From: Oopsacas minuta
Taxonomy: Eukaryota > Animalia > Porifera
Direction of reading: 5' to 3'
NCBI GenBank assembly: GCA_024704765.1
Contig: JAKMXF010000354.1
Span: 667,690-731,689, forward strand
Length of the DNA stretch: 64,000 nucleotides
Shown: positions 27,571 to 38,361 of the stretch, piece by piece
How positions within the stretch are numbered: position 1 is the stretch's first letter
How the letters are laid out: the number at the start of each line of letters is the position of its first letter
Made by a program: the position numbers and the translations under genes
The notes under the pieces: model-generated
What the model saw: the letters and a program-made list of their open reading frames with translations, nothing else
Told to the model about the DNA's origin: nothing
Databases searched by the model: none

Positions 27571-29660
27571 CTAGAATAATAAAGCTAAAATAACGCTGGT
27601 TAGTATAAGGAGTGTTGAAGCTACAATGTTGTACGCTCCATTATGGAAAAGTGGATCGTTCTCAAGTTCTGCTGGGTTGATAAATATACCAGAAGATTCC
27701 GATCCCCCTGTTTGTCTGCGTTTTCTATTTACCCTATTAATAGTTGTAACAGATTTCGTCTCTCTTACCATATCAAGGAAATCTTTGAGTCTCTCTCCAC
27801 ATGTAGTACAATGCTCCCCTGTTTCTGCCATAGAAGTAACCACTAGTGCCCTAATAGTTTCGTAATTTGGGCGAACCAAAACTCACATATGTCATCTTTG
27901 ACTGGGAAACCAGTCAGTATTCTCCAATCAGATTCCGCCACCTCTATCAGGTCATCGAGGTCTAAGTCTTCTTTCCCTTTCCTGAATGCGTAATCAACAG
28001 CTTCCGTATTATCAATATGGAGAACACCCTGACCACCTAAATGTAAGAGAGTCTCAATTGAGTACATTTGCACATAAATATTAATATATACTAACCTGGA
28101 GTTGGACATATAGCGCCGGCTGCTACTGTAGTGAAATCACATCCTACTGGTATATCCTTGCACATTTGTCTCGCTACAGTTTGCGCACACTAACGGAGGG
28201 TCTACCTGATCGGCACACGTCATAGTTAGCATCTAGACTGCTATCTGATAGAAATCCATTTTCGCAACGTTTCTGTACACATCCATTGGGAGCTGTAACA
28301 CTAGCTAAATATATCAAAAATAGCAGATTCGACTGTAATTGGTACGAGTTGATATATACAACTACTACAGTCGAATTTGCTTAATTTTTCCATTTTGCTC
28401 ACGTTTCTCCATGGGCTACTGTGATTCCATTGAATGTACAGTCTGTTGGGACATCAATACAGCCCATTTTCTTTTCACACTGTGTATTATTTATAACTCC
28501 ATCTGTACATAAGCAATAGTTACATCTATCGTCTGGCATTTCTACTAAGTCTCCAGTTGACACTTGTCTATCACTGGGAGATGTACACGTAGCGTATTCA
28601 TAATTCTCTCTGCAATCTATCTTTGTACCTGCATCGGTTAATCTATCTGTTCCAAGAACCTCGCCGGTAGTAGTGTCATAACAAGTCTGTACATCAACAC
28701 CGTCACCACCAGTCTCAGTTATAGAGCAAATGTAATTTCCATCGATAGAACATCTTGAAGCATTTGCTCCAGCATCTTTTAGACATCTAGCCTCTACAAT
28801 ATATGACCGTTTAGACTTTAGAATATAGCTGAGCATTGGAGTATTCGTGTGTAGATTTGTTCGGTGGATTACGCCAATTATTTTGTGGTAGAAGTAGAAT
28901 ATTAAACAAACAGAACTGGGGTCTACCGTATACCTTCATCCATGGCAACTGTAACTCTAACACATTCCAATTATACAGTCTCCTGTTGTATCTATAGTTC
29001 TGTAGAACAGTCCTATAGCGCACTTTATTTCATTCCTCTGTCCTGAGAAACCTGCTTCACAATCTGGACGAATACCACAGTTCTTTCACAGTTCTTTCTA
29101 TTGCAACAAAATATTAATAATACTAATAATACGTGTAATGTTGTGTTAATGCAAACCTGATACACAAGTGAATGATCCATCATCTGCTCCCACACATTCT
29201 TCACCATCGCCACAAGGAGTTTCACGACATTCATCAACTGATCAAGCAAATAATACTAATACAGTATACACCCAGGAAATACAAATTAACAGACAAGGTG
29301 TGGGGCAAGATGCTGGACATGGAGGACAGTTTCCTTTAGTTGAGTCTTGATTGTCATCTCGGACACAAGACAGGGTTGCTCCAGGACGCTCCCACTGGTC
29401 TAAAAGTTATGTAAAATTTAAGAAAACTTCTCTAAATATACGTACAGTGGAACCTAATAGCAAATCGTATTTTTGTTAGAATTTTCCTTGCTAAAACGCG
29501 AATTTTGCTATTATGTGAACTATTTACCATACAAAACAACACTTAGGTCTATGAAAATATTGCTAATAGGCGGTTTCCACTGTATATATGAAGTTAGTAT
29601 TTCCATTAACAATAGGAGACTCATATAATATTACCTGTAATAGTAGGACCTTGCGCATCA
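27571..29660 (-). pseudogene. RECK-like paralogue, probably pseudogenised
   Basis: Exon-by-exon similarity to the gene at 33368-36775 (EARCL, DRCxYCLC, GxQGxLHID, YAFRKGK, AESDW, ELENDP). Frame disruptions near 29085, 28960, 28200 and 27879; Kazal block absent; no signal-peptide exon found. Confidence 0.65.
29445..29582. mobile_element. 138-bp Tc1/pogo-like MITE in an intron of the RECK-like pseudogene
   Basis: TIR cagtggaacctaatagcaa ... ttgctaataggcggtttccactg with TA flanks. Confidence 0.7.
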
Positions 29661-29965
29661 ATACCTGAATTAGATTATATATTAAATGTGAATGATTCGC
29701 GTTTTATATAATATCATAGCTTCCTGTGTTAATCTATGATATTAATAAACCTCAATTGTTGTCGGTCTGTCAATTTCTATCTATCTGTCTGTTTGTCAGT
29801 TGTGAAGGAAAAGATATGGCTTGCTATTTGAATAATAATTCGAAATGTAATTGTCACACAAAGGTTTAACAACTTAATTCGAATATTGTTACTATATAGC
29901 TCGTACATGTTTCTGGATTACCCAACCGTTACTTATCAATACTAGCTCCTGTACAAGCTTAACAA

Positions 29966-31093
29966 ATGGCGTTAAAAGATATTAGTAGTAGTACGATAGT
30001 GATTGATAATGGATCTGGTACGCTAAAATCCGGACTAGCAGGAACTAGTACAATTTGCACGGTTCCTTCAATGGTAGGAAGACCGCGACACTCTGGTGTA
30101 ATGGTAGGTATGTGGCAGAATGGACGACCTTTTACAGGATTCAAATGTAAAAAGTTTCGCGGTATAGTAACCACGAAGTATCCAATTCAACATATTGTTA
30201 TCAGTAATTGGGACGATATGGAGACTTTATGGAAAGATACAATATATAATGAGTTACATTTGGAGCCTAAAGAACATTCAATGTTACTAACCGAACCACC
30301 ACTTAATCCACTTAGAAACCGTGAGAAAATGACAGAAATAATGTTTGAAGCATTCGAAATACCAGCACTACTTATTTGTACAAATTCTATCTTATCTCTT
30401 TTTGCATCTGGTCGCACCACTGGGCTAGTTATTGATTCAGGAGATGGAGCTTCATACACTGTGCCAATCTTCAAGAATCATTCATTAAATAATGCGGTTA
30501 TTAGGTCAGATATAAACGGAAGAGATATTACAGGATACATGATGAAGATACTGGAAGAACGTGGCTATACTTTAGCCACAACTCCAGATCGGGATATAGT
30601 AAATGACATAAAAGAGAAATTGGGCTATGTTGCACTTGATTTTGAAGAAGAGATGAATAAAAAATACTCTCAGGTCAATAGACACTATGAATTGAATTCA
30701 GGAATAATAACAATCGGAAATGAGAGATTTAGATGTGCAGAACCAATCTTCAATCCATCTTACTTAGGAATGAGTATTGCAGGATTACAAGATACAGCTT
30801 ACCATTCTATTATGAAATGTGACGTAGAAATACGTAATTATCTCTTCTCCAATATCGTTCTTTCTGGTGGTAATACGATGTTTCCTGGTATGCGAGAAAG
30901 AATGCAGAGAGATATTCAACAGTTAGCTCCAAAAGGTGTTCAAGTGAATGTAATTTCTCCACCAGAGCGACACTACAGTGCATGGAGGGGAGGAGCAATG
31001 TTAGCTAAGATGGACAACTTTCTAAGTATGTGTATAACGTCACAAGAATATAATGAAATAGGTCCGTGGATTGTACATAGAAAGTGTTTATAA
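29966..31093 (+). CDS. Divergent actin / actin-related protein (375 aa)
   Basis: IVIDNGSG, VGRPRH, NWDDME, LLTEPPLNP.NREKMTEIMFE, GRTTGLVIDSGDG, GNERFRCAE, IVLSGGNTMFPG, WIVHRKCL; intronless. Confidence 0.92.
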   Translation: MALKDISSSTIVIDNGSGTLKSGLAGTSTICTVPSMVGRPRHSGVMVGMWQNGRPFTGFKCKKFRGIVTTKYPIQHIVISNWDDMETLWKDTIYNELHLEPKEHSMLLTEPPLNPLRNREKMTEIMFEAFEIPALLICTNSILSLFASGRTTGLVIDSGDGASYTVPIFKNHSLNNAVIRSDINGRDITGYMMKILEERGYTLATTPDRDIVNDIKEKLGYVALDFEEEMNKKYSQVNRHYELNSGIITIGNERFRCAEPIFNPSYLGMSIAGLQDTAYHSIMKCDVEIRNYLFSNIVLSGGNTMFPGMRERMQRDIQQLAPKGVQVNVISPPERHYSAWRGGAMLAKMDNFLSMCITSQEYNEIGPWIVHRKCL

Positions 31094-31559
31094 TGATGAA
31101 TTGTCAGCCGTAGTATGTATAATAATTTATAACTTTTGTATTTTATTAAATTCCAATAAAAGTAACCAAACTCAAAAAGCCACATGCAAAAAATTGCAAT
31201 TAACACACATGACATACAAAGTTACCTTTTACAACAAGTAACACCCAGAGCAGACACAAGGGATAGAATATCTTTTGCATCTTTCAAAGAATCTTCCTCT
31301 GTATTGAGCAAGTAAATTCCAAAAGCTAAAATCTACAAATGATATTTGTTCCTCTATTTATTCCATCGTATTCATTTTAGGTGGTTTCTACTTCTACACA
31401 AGTACATTTCCTGTGTCTTGCTCCTACTCATTTCAAGAGATGTGAATTACCATGCCTTTAGCAAGCAAAAATTCAATCTTCAATTGTGGTGATTGATAAT
31501 TCTGAATCCAAATCTCTTGATTTTTTCGTTTTACATAATTACCCTTGCTCGCCATATAT

Positions 31560-31597
31560 CAGTGCACCTCGATTATCCGAAATTCGAGGTTGCACTG
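31560..31597. mobile_element. 38-bp inverted-repeat remnant of a Tigger-like element
   Basis: cagtgcacctcg...cgaggttgcactg fold-back. Confidence 0.4.
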
Positions 31598-31686
31598 TAC
31601 TATTTAATAATATACTCAAGTCAGAAGTATGATAATTATTATAAATAAATACGCATAAATATGATAAATATACTTAATATTGTGAG

Positions 31687-32732
31687 TCAATTCAAGTAAG
31701 TTACAATATCAATCTTGTTTGATTTTTTATAACGTTTGATGCATTTAACGCAGCAGTAGTACATCAATGCTGAGCTCATGAACATCATGATACCGCCTAG
31801 CAGTAGAATTACTGTTAGAATACTACCAAGTGCTGCATACAATGTAGTGCTGGCTAAGGTTGTGCCACTTCCAAAGGTAGGATCATTATAAGTAGTTGTG
31901 GGATTAGAATTTATAGCTGATCTTGTTACACTGTTGGTTGTAGAACTGCCAGTTGATCTTGTTGCACTACTAGAGGTTGTAGAACTCCCGGCTCTACTTG
32001 TTATACTGTTGGTTGTAGAACTCCCGGCTCTACTTGTTATACTGTTGGTTGTAGAACTCCCAGCTGTACTTGTTATACTGTTGGTTGTAGAACTGCCAGT
32101 TGATCTTGTTGCACTACTAGAGGTTGTAGAACTCGTCGTAGAATCTCTATCTACTAGCATCACATTATTGGCTGTAGAAATCCCAGCTGTACTTGTTATA
32201 CTGTTGGTTGTAGAACTGCCAGTTGATCTTGTTGCACTACTAGAGGTTGTAGAACTCGTCGTAGAATCTCTATCTACTAGCATCACATTATTGGCTGTAG
32301 AAATCCCAGCTGTACTTGTTATACTGTTGGTTGTAGAACTCCCAGCTGTACTTGTTACGCTAGTCGTACTCGTATCAGCTGTAGCCACATCTCTTAAACC
32401 ATCAAAGGCCATCTGCCCTCGAACTCTGATATCTATATTCCACAAATAAAGTATACATATTCCAATTAAATAAGTAAAATGTATTTTACTAAATAACTTC
32501 TCCAGCAGATTATTTATATAGCTGATTAGATAATTATTCTGGAATATTTTAACATGTACGTATTTCAATACATTTTATTTTGCCTATACACGTACATTCT
32601 ATGCCAATCGAAGTCAGCCCCACTCTCAAGACTAAAAAGATAGATTAATAATAAGACATAACTTTATAAGTGTTACTTACCAATTGACATCAACCATAGC
32701 AGACATAATAAAACTATATGATAAAATCTCAT
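31687..32732 (-). CDS. Mucin-like single-pass membrane glycoprotein
   Basis: Signal-peptide exon 32681-32732 (MRFYHIVLLCLLWLMSI) splices in phase 1 to exon 31687-32432. That exon has a Ser/Thr tandem-repeat ectodomain, a hydrophobic TM (LYAALGSILTVILLLGGIMMFMSSALMYY) and a Cys/basic short tail. Confidence 0.7.
31900..32360 (-). repeat. Coding tandem repeats (33-bp units plus a 123-bp duplication)
   Basis: Units like TTNSITSTAGSS; a block starting at 32101 recurs at 32224. Confidence 0.9.
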
Positions 32733-33367
32733 ACTTGCAGCCATAATAATTTGGGGGAAAGAATAAATTTTTAAGCAAATTAGGATTTATCGCCAATTAT
32801 ACTATCAGGACTATGTCCAAATATACATATTGGGTTGATATAACGTATACTGACACTCTTCAGAAATTGAATTAATCATTGAATTAAATTTAATGAATGT
32901 AAATCCGATTTCATCACTCTTTCAACTGAATAGAATGGTATTGATAGCGGTATGTTACACCGCTATCAATATCATTCTATTGACACTCTTCTTCCCAACT
33001 GGGTTCTATCTTGCTTACTATTTGGAGAATTTCTCACTATTTTTGATAAATAAATCTTAGATGGATACATGAGTCCGATTATAAATCCCACATTAGCAAG
33101 TAATTATACTCTCTCTAGAAGTGTCAAATTCTATTCATAGACAGATTTGTTTAAAACAGTAGCATTCGTTTTCATTTCAAACCTTCATAGATCCTAACGA
33201 AATCATTTTACAATAAAATCCAATGTCATCCCTTACAATAAGTTATTCAATTCATTTTCCAGGTCATTTAATACATTAGTAACTAAGGTAGATCTGATTT
33301 AATTGAGTATACAACTGGACAGGAATTTACATTTGTAGTAAAAGTTGATACATTCATGATGGTAAGT

Positions 33368-36300
33368 TTACATACTTAATATTTGCACCATAAATGTTAA
33401 CACGAAGCTTGCAATTATGAGAAATACTGATTTAGTGATAGTGTTGCCAGAACTTTGGAAAGAGGGGTCGTTCTCCAGTTCTGATGGACTGATGAACAGG
33501 CCACACCCAGAGGATTGAGATTCATCTGTCTGTCTCCTCCTTCTCATCTCAGAAATTCTCTTACCAATTTTATCTTCTCTCAATCTTTGAATGAAAACTC
33601 CCAGCCTTTCTCCACACTCAACACAATCTTTCCCACTAACTGCTTTCACTTGTATCACAATAGCGCCCACTGTATCGTACTTGTGTCGACAGGTAAACTC
33701 ACACTGATCATTGTATAGAGGAAAATCAGTTAATATTTCCCAATCCGATTCAGCCTCTAAACACAAATCATTTATGTCTACTTCAGTCTTTCCTTTCCTG
33801 AAAGCGTAATTTTGTACTTCATCAACATCAATATGTAGAATGCCCTGAGCACCTAATTTATACAAAATATCCTCAAAGTTTTGTAAGTACGTATAATTAT
33901 CAGACATGTACCTGGTATAGGACATCTTGAATCGCTAGCTTTTGTTGTGAACTCGCATCCAGCTAGTATTGTTTCACACTTGTTACTCACCTCGTCCGTT
34001 TTCATTTCGCAACCTCCATCATAATCACGTATAGTATTACCAGTAGCAATCTCAAGCTCACACAAATTACTATATGTGACATTATCAAATCCACAGAACC
34101 CTTTACCCCCGTTTGTGTTCAGACAGAAAGGATCATCACATGCTCGCAAGTATTGTATATCAAAGTCCTGATTAATAAAAGCTTCACACTCACTATTGTA
34201 AGAAACTCCGTTACTACTGCATACAGGCCTGTTTCTGCTTTCTGTTGTACAAGTAATGTTACTGTTGATTGGAATACATCTTTTGTACTTGCAACCATTC
34301 TCATCTGCTGCAATACATATGTCTCTTGGTTGTGTTTTGCTATAAGAATTTTGGGGTAAAATAATTGTAATATTAATTTAATAAATTCAATTGCTTACTG
34401 AACACAAATTTCACCATTCAGACATTCACAGACCTCGTCTTCTCCACAACGTCCATCAGAATAATTAGCTCCTATTGACATTGCTTTACATTTTGGAATC
34501 CTTGTTCTCATTCCTGAGGATATTGCACATACAAGCTCAGTATCATGTCCACCATAACAGGCATCTACGTCTTCAATTCCATCACAATCCTCATCCAAAG
34601 TAGATCCTATTAAGTCGCCATTTTCACATCTCATTTGAGCACATGTATACTTTGAATTTATCCTAACCATTCAGTATCATAACATCGGGGTTCTATTAAC
34701 AGTTAGTTTATATTTAGACATTTAACTCACACTCTGCCATGAGGTATAATACGTCCATCAAAGTGACAGTTTTCTGGTGCCTGCACACATCTGGGATTTG
34801 TCCTACACACAGACCGATCCATAACTCCATTATCACACAAACAGTAACTGCATCTGTCATTGGGATCATCTACTGCATCTCCTGATAGTACAACTATTCC
34901 ATTCCCAGTTCTACAAGTTGCCAGACTCCTACGTCTGCAGTATTCTTGGATTACATCTGTTTCTGATCTTCTTTCAATCGTCTTGATGGTTTCTCCACTA
35001 GTTATGTTATAACAAGTTTGAATGACTGAACCATCTGCATTCTTCTCAGTTGAGGAACACTTATAGTTTCCATTAAGAGAACAGTGAGATGAACTTGTGC
35101 CCTGTTCTTGTAAACATCTTGCTTCTATCAGTACAGAATTTCACAATAGTTAGTATGCATTATCTGTATTTGAACTTTGCAAAGACTTCAATAATATAAT
35201 TATGCTAACATTAATTCACTAGTATAGTCAATACGGTTTATGAATTCAGTCATTCCATGGAATAATGACAACTTAAACAGCCTTATAAATGAATGAGACA
35301 CATTACAAGATTTTTCCCTCAAATAATTTACAATAGGCACTCTGAAGATGTCAATGTAACCTTGATAAATAATTTATTTCAGTTAATTACTCAATAACTC
35401 ACCGATATTACTTGCATTTTCAATACTCACACATTCTCCTATTACAATACAGTCATATCTTTGTATTTCTCTGCAAAATAAACCTGGAGAACATATTTGT
35501 TCTATCTTTCTTCCACTCAATAGCATTTGACAATCTTCCTTGTCTAAACAGCTGTCTAAGTATCTGCACCTTTCTCCAACTTCACTTTCTACACATATAT
35601 TGGTTTGCATTTGAACGATTGAGTCTTAAATATATTAATATATTTCTTTGAAATTCACCTGATTCACATTTGTAGCTAGAATCATCTCTGATTTCACATC
35701 CTCTTCCACTTGCACACTCTGAATTACTGCTGCATTCAGGAGCTAATGTATACATGTGTATTACCATTAATTGGTTAATATTGATATTAATAGTATTAAT
35801 TAATATCCACCTGGAATAGAACATGAGGTTGGACAGGGTGGGCATTCTTCATATGTTGAATTTCTCATTTCTTGCCTCATACAATTAATACTAACTCCTG
35901 GACATCTGCACATTCCTGGATAATGATAATATGTTGGATAGTCTGATGGAGCTTCAGAACTTTCATATGAGGTTCTATCTATTTAAGAGATACATTTGTA
36001 AATGTTGGTCTGGCACATTTCTATTAAGCTGAAATATTTAATCTCGTATTAATGAATTTACCTGGATTTGTTTTTGCTGTTGTAAAAGTACCCGGAGTTG
36101 TTGTTGTTGCTGAGGTGTTTGTTTTAAAAGTAGGTGATGAAATTATATTTTCTTGGCCAGTCGAATATAAAAGATTTCTTACATAAATTTTTGCAATTTT
36201 TATAATTATTGCTTAGGTTAACACAATATCTTATGGCTAATACCCATATTCATATCATACTTATTTATATTACCTGGAGTTGTTGTTGTTGCTGAGGTGT

Positions 36301-36775
36301 TTGTTCTAAAAGTAGGTGACGAATTTGTATTTGTGGTATTTCCTTGGCCAGTTGAACCTAAAATTTCTTATATAATTTTTGCAATTATTACAATTTTTTC
36401 CTAGGTTAACACAATATCTTGTCGCTAATACCCATATTCATATCATATTTCAAAGTACATATACTTTGTTATAGACAAAGGCAATTCTTAACCTTCGTTA
36501 CGTATAAATGTTCTGTTCTATCATACAATGGAATAAATTTTCAGGTAGTTTGAGTGGTTGTGATGATAAAAGTATAGGTAGAGTGTCTGAAAATTACATT
36601 TCGCTAATTTCGGGAATCATGTATTTATTTAAACCTAATTCAAATGTCTGAAAACACAAATTATCTCTACAATATTAGTAACAAAATATAGGATTTTATT
36701 TGGCTAGGATATGTGCTCACCACTCAAAGTCAACATCAATAGAAGAGGAACAATAAACATTGCACGAAGTAGCAT
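33368..36775 (-). CDS. RECK-like secreted, probably GPI-anchored protein (signal peptide, Thr-rich exons, Cys-rich/EGF-like, Kazal-like repeats, RECK-type C-terminal domain)
   Basis: Signal exon 36721-36775. The segment QPRDICIAADENGCKYKRCIP...PVCSSNGVSYNSEC...FCGFDNVTYSNLC...DYDGGC...CPIP follows the cysteine order I recall for the RECK Kazal region. Ends in a hydrophobic tail. Confidence 0.7.
36093..36449 (-). repeat. Tandem duplication of an exon+intron unit (about 180 bp)
   Basis: ggagttgttgttgttgctgaggtgtttgtt.taaaagtaggtga and aggttaacacaatatctt..gctaatacccatattcatatcata each occur twice, about 180 bp apart. Confidence 0.85.
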
Positions 36776-36938
36776 TGCTAACAATAAAATAATAATAAAA
36801 TTAATGTAGATACTTTCTGTGAATTCATTTATAGTCATTTCCAAATTGTTAATTCTATTCTGCCAATCAGATTGTTTGAAAAGAATGAGAATTTCCATCG
36901 GATATTTTAAAGTTTGATGATTTGTTAGCACTGAATCA

Positions 36939-36939
<1 letters not shown>

Positions 36940-36983
<44 letters not shown>
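36940..36983. repeat. (ATT)n microsatellite, about 14 units
   Basis: Direct reading; lies between the divergent RECK-like and ACP5 start codons. Confidence 0.95.
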
Positions 36984-37008
36984 CATTTATTTCTGATTAG
37001 GTCAAAGT

Positions 37009-37977
37009 ATGTATATGCGACCAGTCCTTGTGCTCCTGATGCTTTCAGGACTAGTTTACTCAGAAAATACTCTTAATTTCCTTCTGCTTGGAGATTGGGG
37101 TGGAGATCCACATTATCCGTACACAACAGCTGCTGAAGTAGGCTGTGCTCGACAAATGGGTAATCAGGCTAAACTGATACTAGCAAACTTCACAATTGCT
37201 CTCGGGGACAATATGTACTATTCAGGAGTTAAGAATGAATATGATTCTCGTTTCGCTCACACTTTTGAGAATGTGTTCACAGACAAATATCTGCAACATA
37301 CTTGGTATGTTATTGCAGGTAATCATGATCATGTAGGTAATGTGACTGGAGAAATTGCATATACAGATCACTCTACACGGTGGACATTTCCTTCACTCTA
37401 CTATAACAAAATATTCACATTTTCAAAGATTACAGTACAAATTGTATTCATTGATACTGTCATTCTAAGCGGTATTTCTGATAGCAATGATCCTAGCAAG
37501 AAATATGAAATAATACATGAAGAAAAAATAGCTCAAACTCAGTGGGAATGGATTGAAGATCAGCTGAAAGCTTCAACAGCTGATTGGCTACTGGTTGCAG
37601 GCCACTATCCTGTGTGGTCTATAGCGGAACATGGTCCCACTAAAATATTGGTGGACAAACTCAGGCCTCTTTTGGAGAAATATAAAGTGACTGCTTACTT
37701 ATGTGGACATGATCATAATATGCAACATCTGAGAGAGCAAGGTTCAGTAGTTGATTACTTTGTTATTGGGGCAGGACACTTTACAGACAGTTCTAATGCA
37801 CACAAAAACGATGTTCCTCATGGATCACTCAAATTCTTTTATGGTCAGAAAGATTCATATTCAGACGGTGCTTTTGCTTCAATTACCGCCTCCAGTAAGG
37901 AGCTAAAAATAACCTATATCAACGTCCAAGGACAGTCTATCTATCAACACATTAATTCTGTACCTAGAAATGTGTGA
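37009..37977 (+). CDS. ACP5: Tartrate-resistant (purple) acid phosphatase type 5
   Basis: Signal peptide; metal-binding motifs GDWGG, LGDNMY, GNHDH, VAGHYP, CGHDH; intronless. Confidence 0.92.
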   Translation: MYMRPVLVLLMLSGLVYSENTLNFLLLGDWGGDPHYPYTTAAEVGCARQMGNQAKLILANFTIALGDNMYYSGVKNEYDSRFAHTFENVFTDKYLQHTWYVIAGNHDHVGNVTGEIAYTDHSTRWTFPSLYYNKIFTFSKITVQIVFIDTVILSGISDSNDPSKKYEIIHEEKIAQTQWEWIEDQLKASTADWLLVAGHYPVWSIAEHGPTKILVDKLRPLLEKYKVTAYLCGHDHNMQHLREQGSVVDYFVIGAGHFTDSSNAHKNDVPHGSLKFFYGQKDSYSDGAFASITASSKELKITYINVQGQSIYQHINSVPRNV

Positions 37978-38127
37978 TACTGAACCACCAATAGTAGTTA
38001 CTATGTACTTAAGATAATACGTGATAATGTTTTAGAAAGCTAGAAAATGCGACTTATTTTATATTATTAATAAACATTAGTTCTGTAGTGTATACCAACA
38101 TTAAATACGTAATTGTAATTGTAATTG

Positions 38128-38128
<1 letters not shown>

Positions 38129-38197
<69 letters not shown>
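38129..38197. repeat. (ACT)23 microsatellite
   Basis: Direct reading; lies between the convergent 3' ends of ACP5 and the beta-helix gene. Confidence 0.95.
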
Positions 38198-38198
<1 letters not shown>

Positions 38199-38361
38199 GT
38201 AGTATATGTGATATGAATCATAATTCTGACAAAATTTTAATTGATAACCTCGCTTAAATCAATTAGACATAATCTGTTGTAGTAATTTATGTTACAAATA
38301 ATCAACACTTAATATTTATTATTATTATTAATTGTATATTATTGAAGGGATGGACGTACAG

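Noticed and set aside
31220-31560. Coding-looking minus-strand patch (GIYLLNTEEDSLKDAKDILSLVSALGVTCCK)
   Set aside because: Stops in all frames upstream and no recognisable family; at most a decayed fragment.
31898-32449. 183-aa Leu/Val-rich + strand ORF
   Set aside because: Antisense mirror of the Ser/Thr repeat exon; the minus strand has the signal peptide, splice sites and TM.
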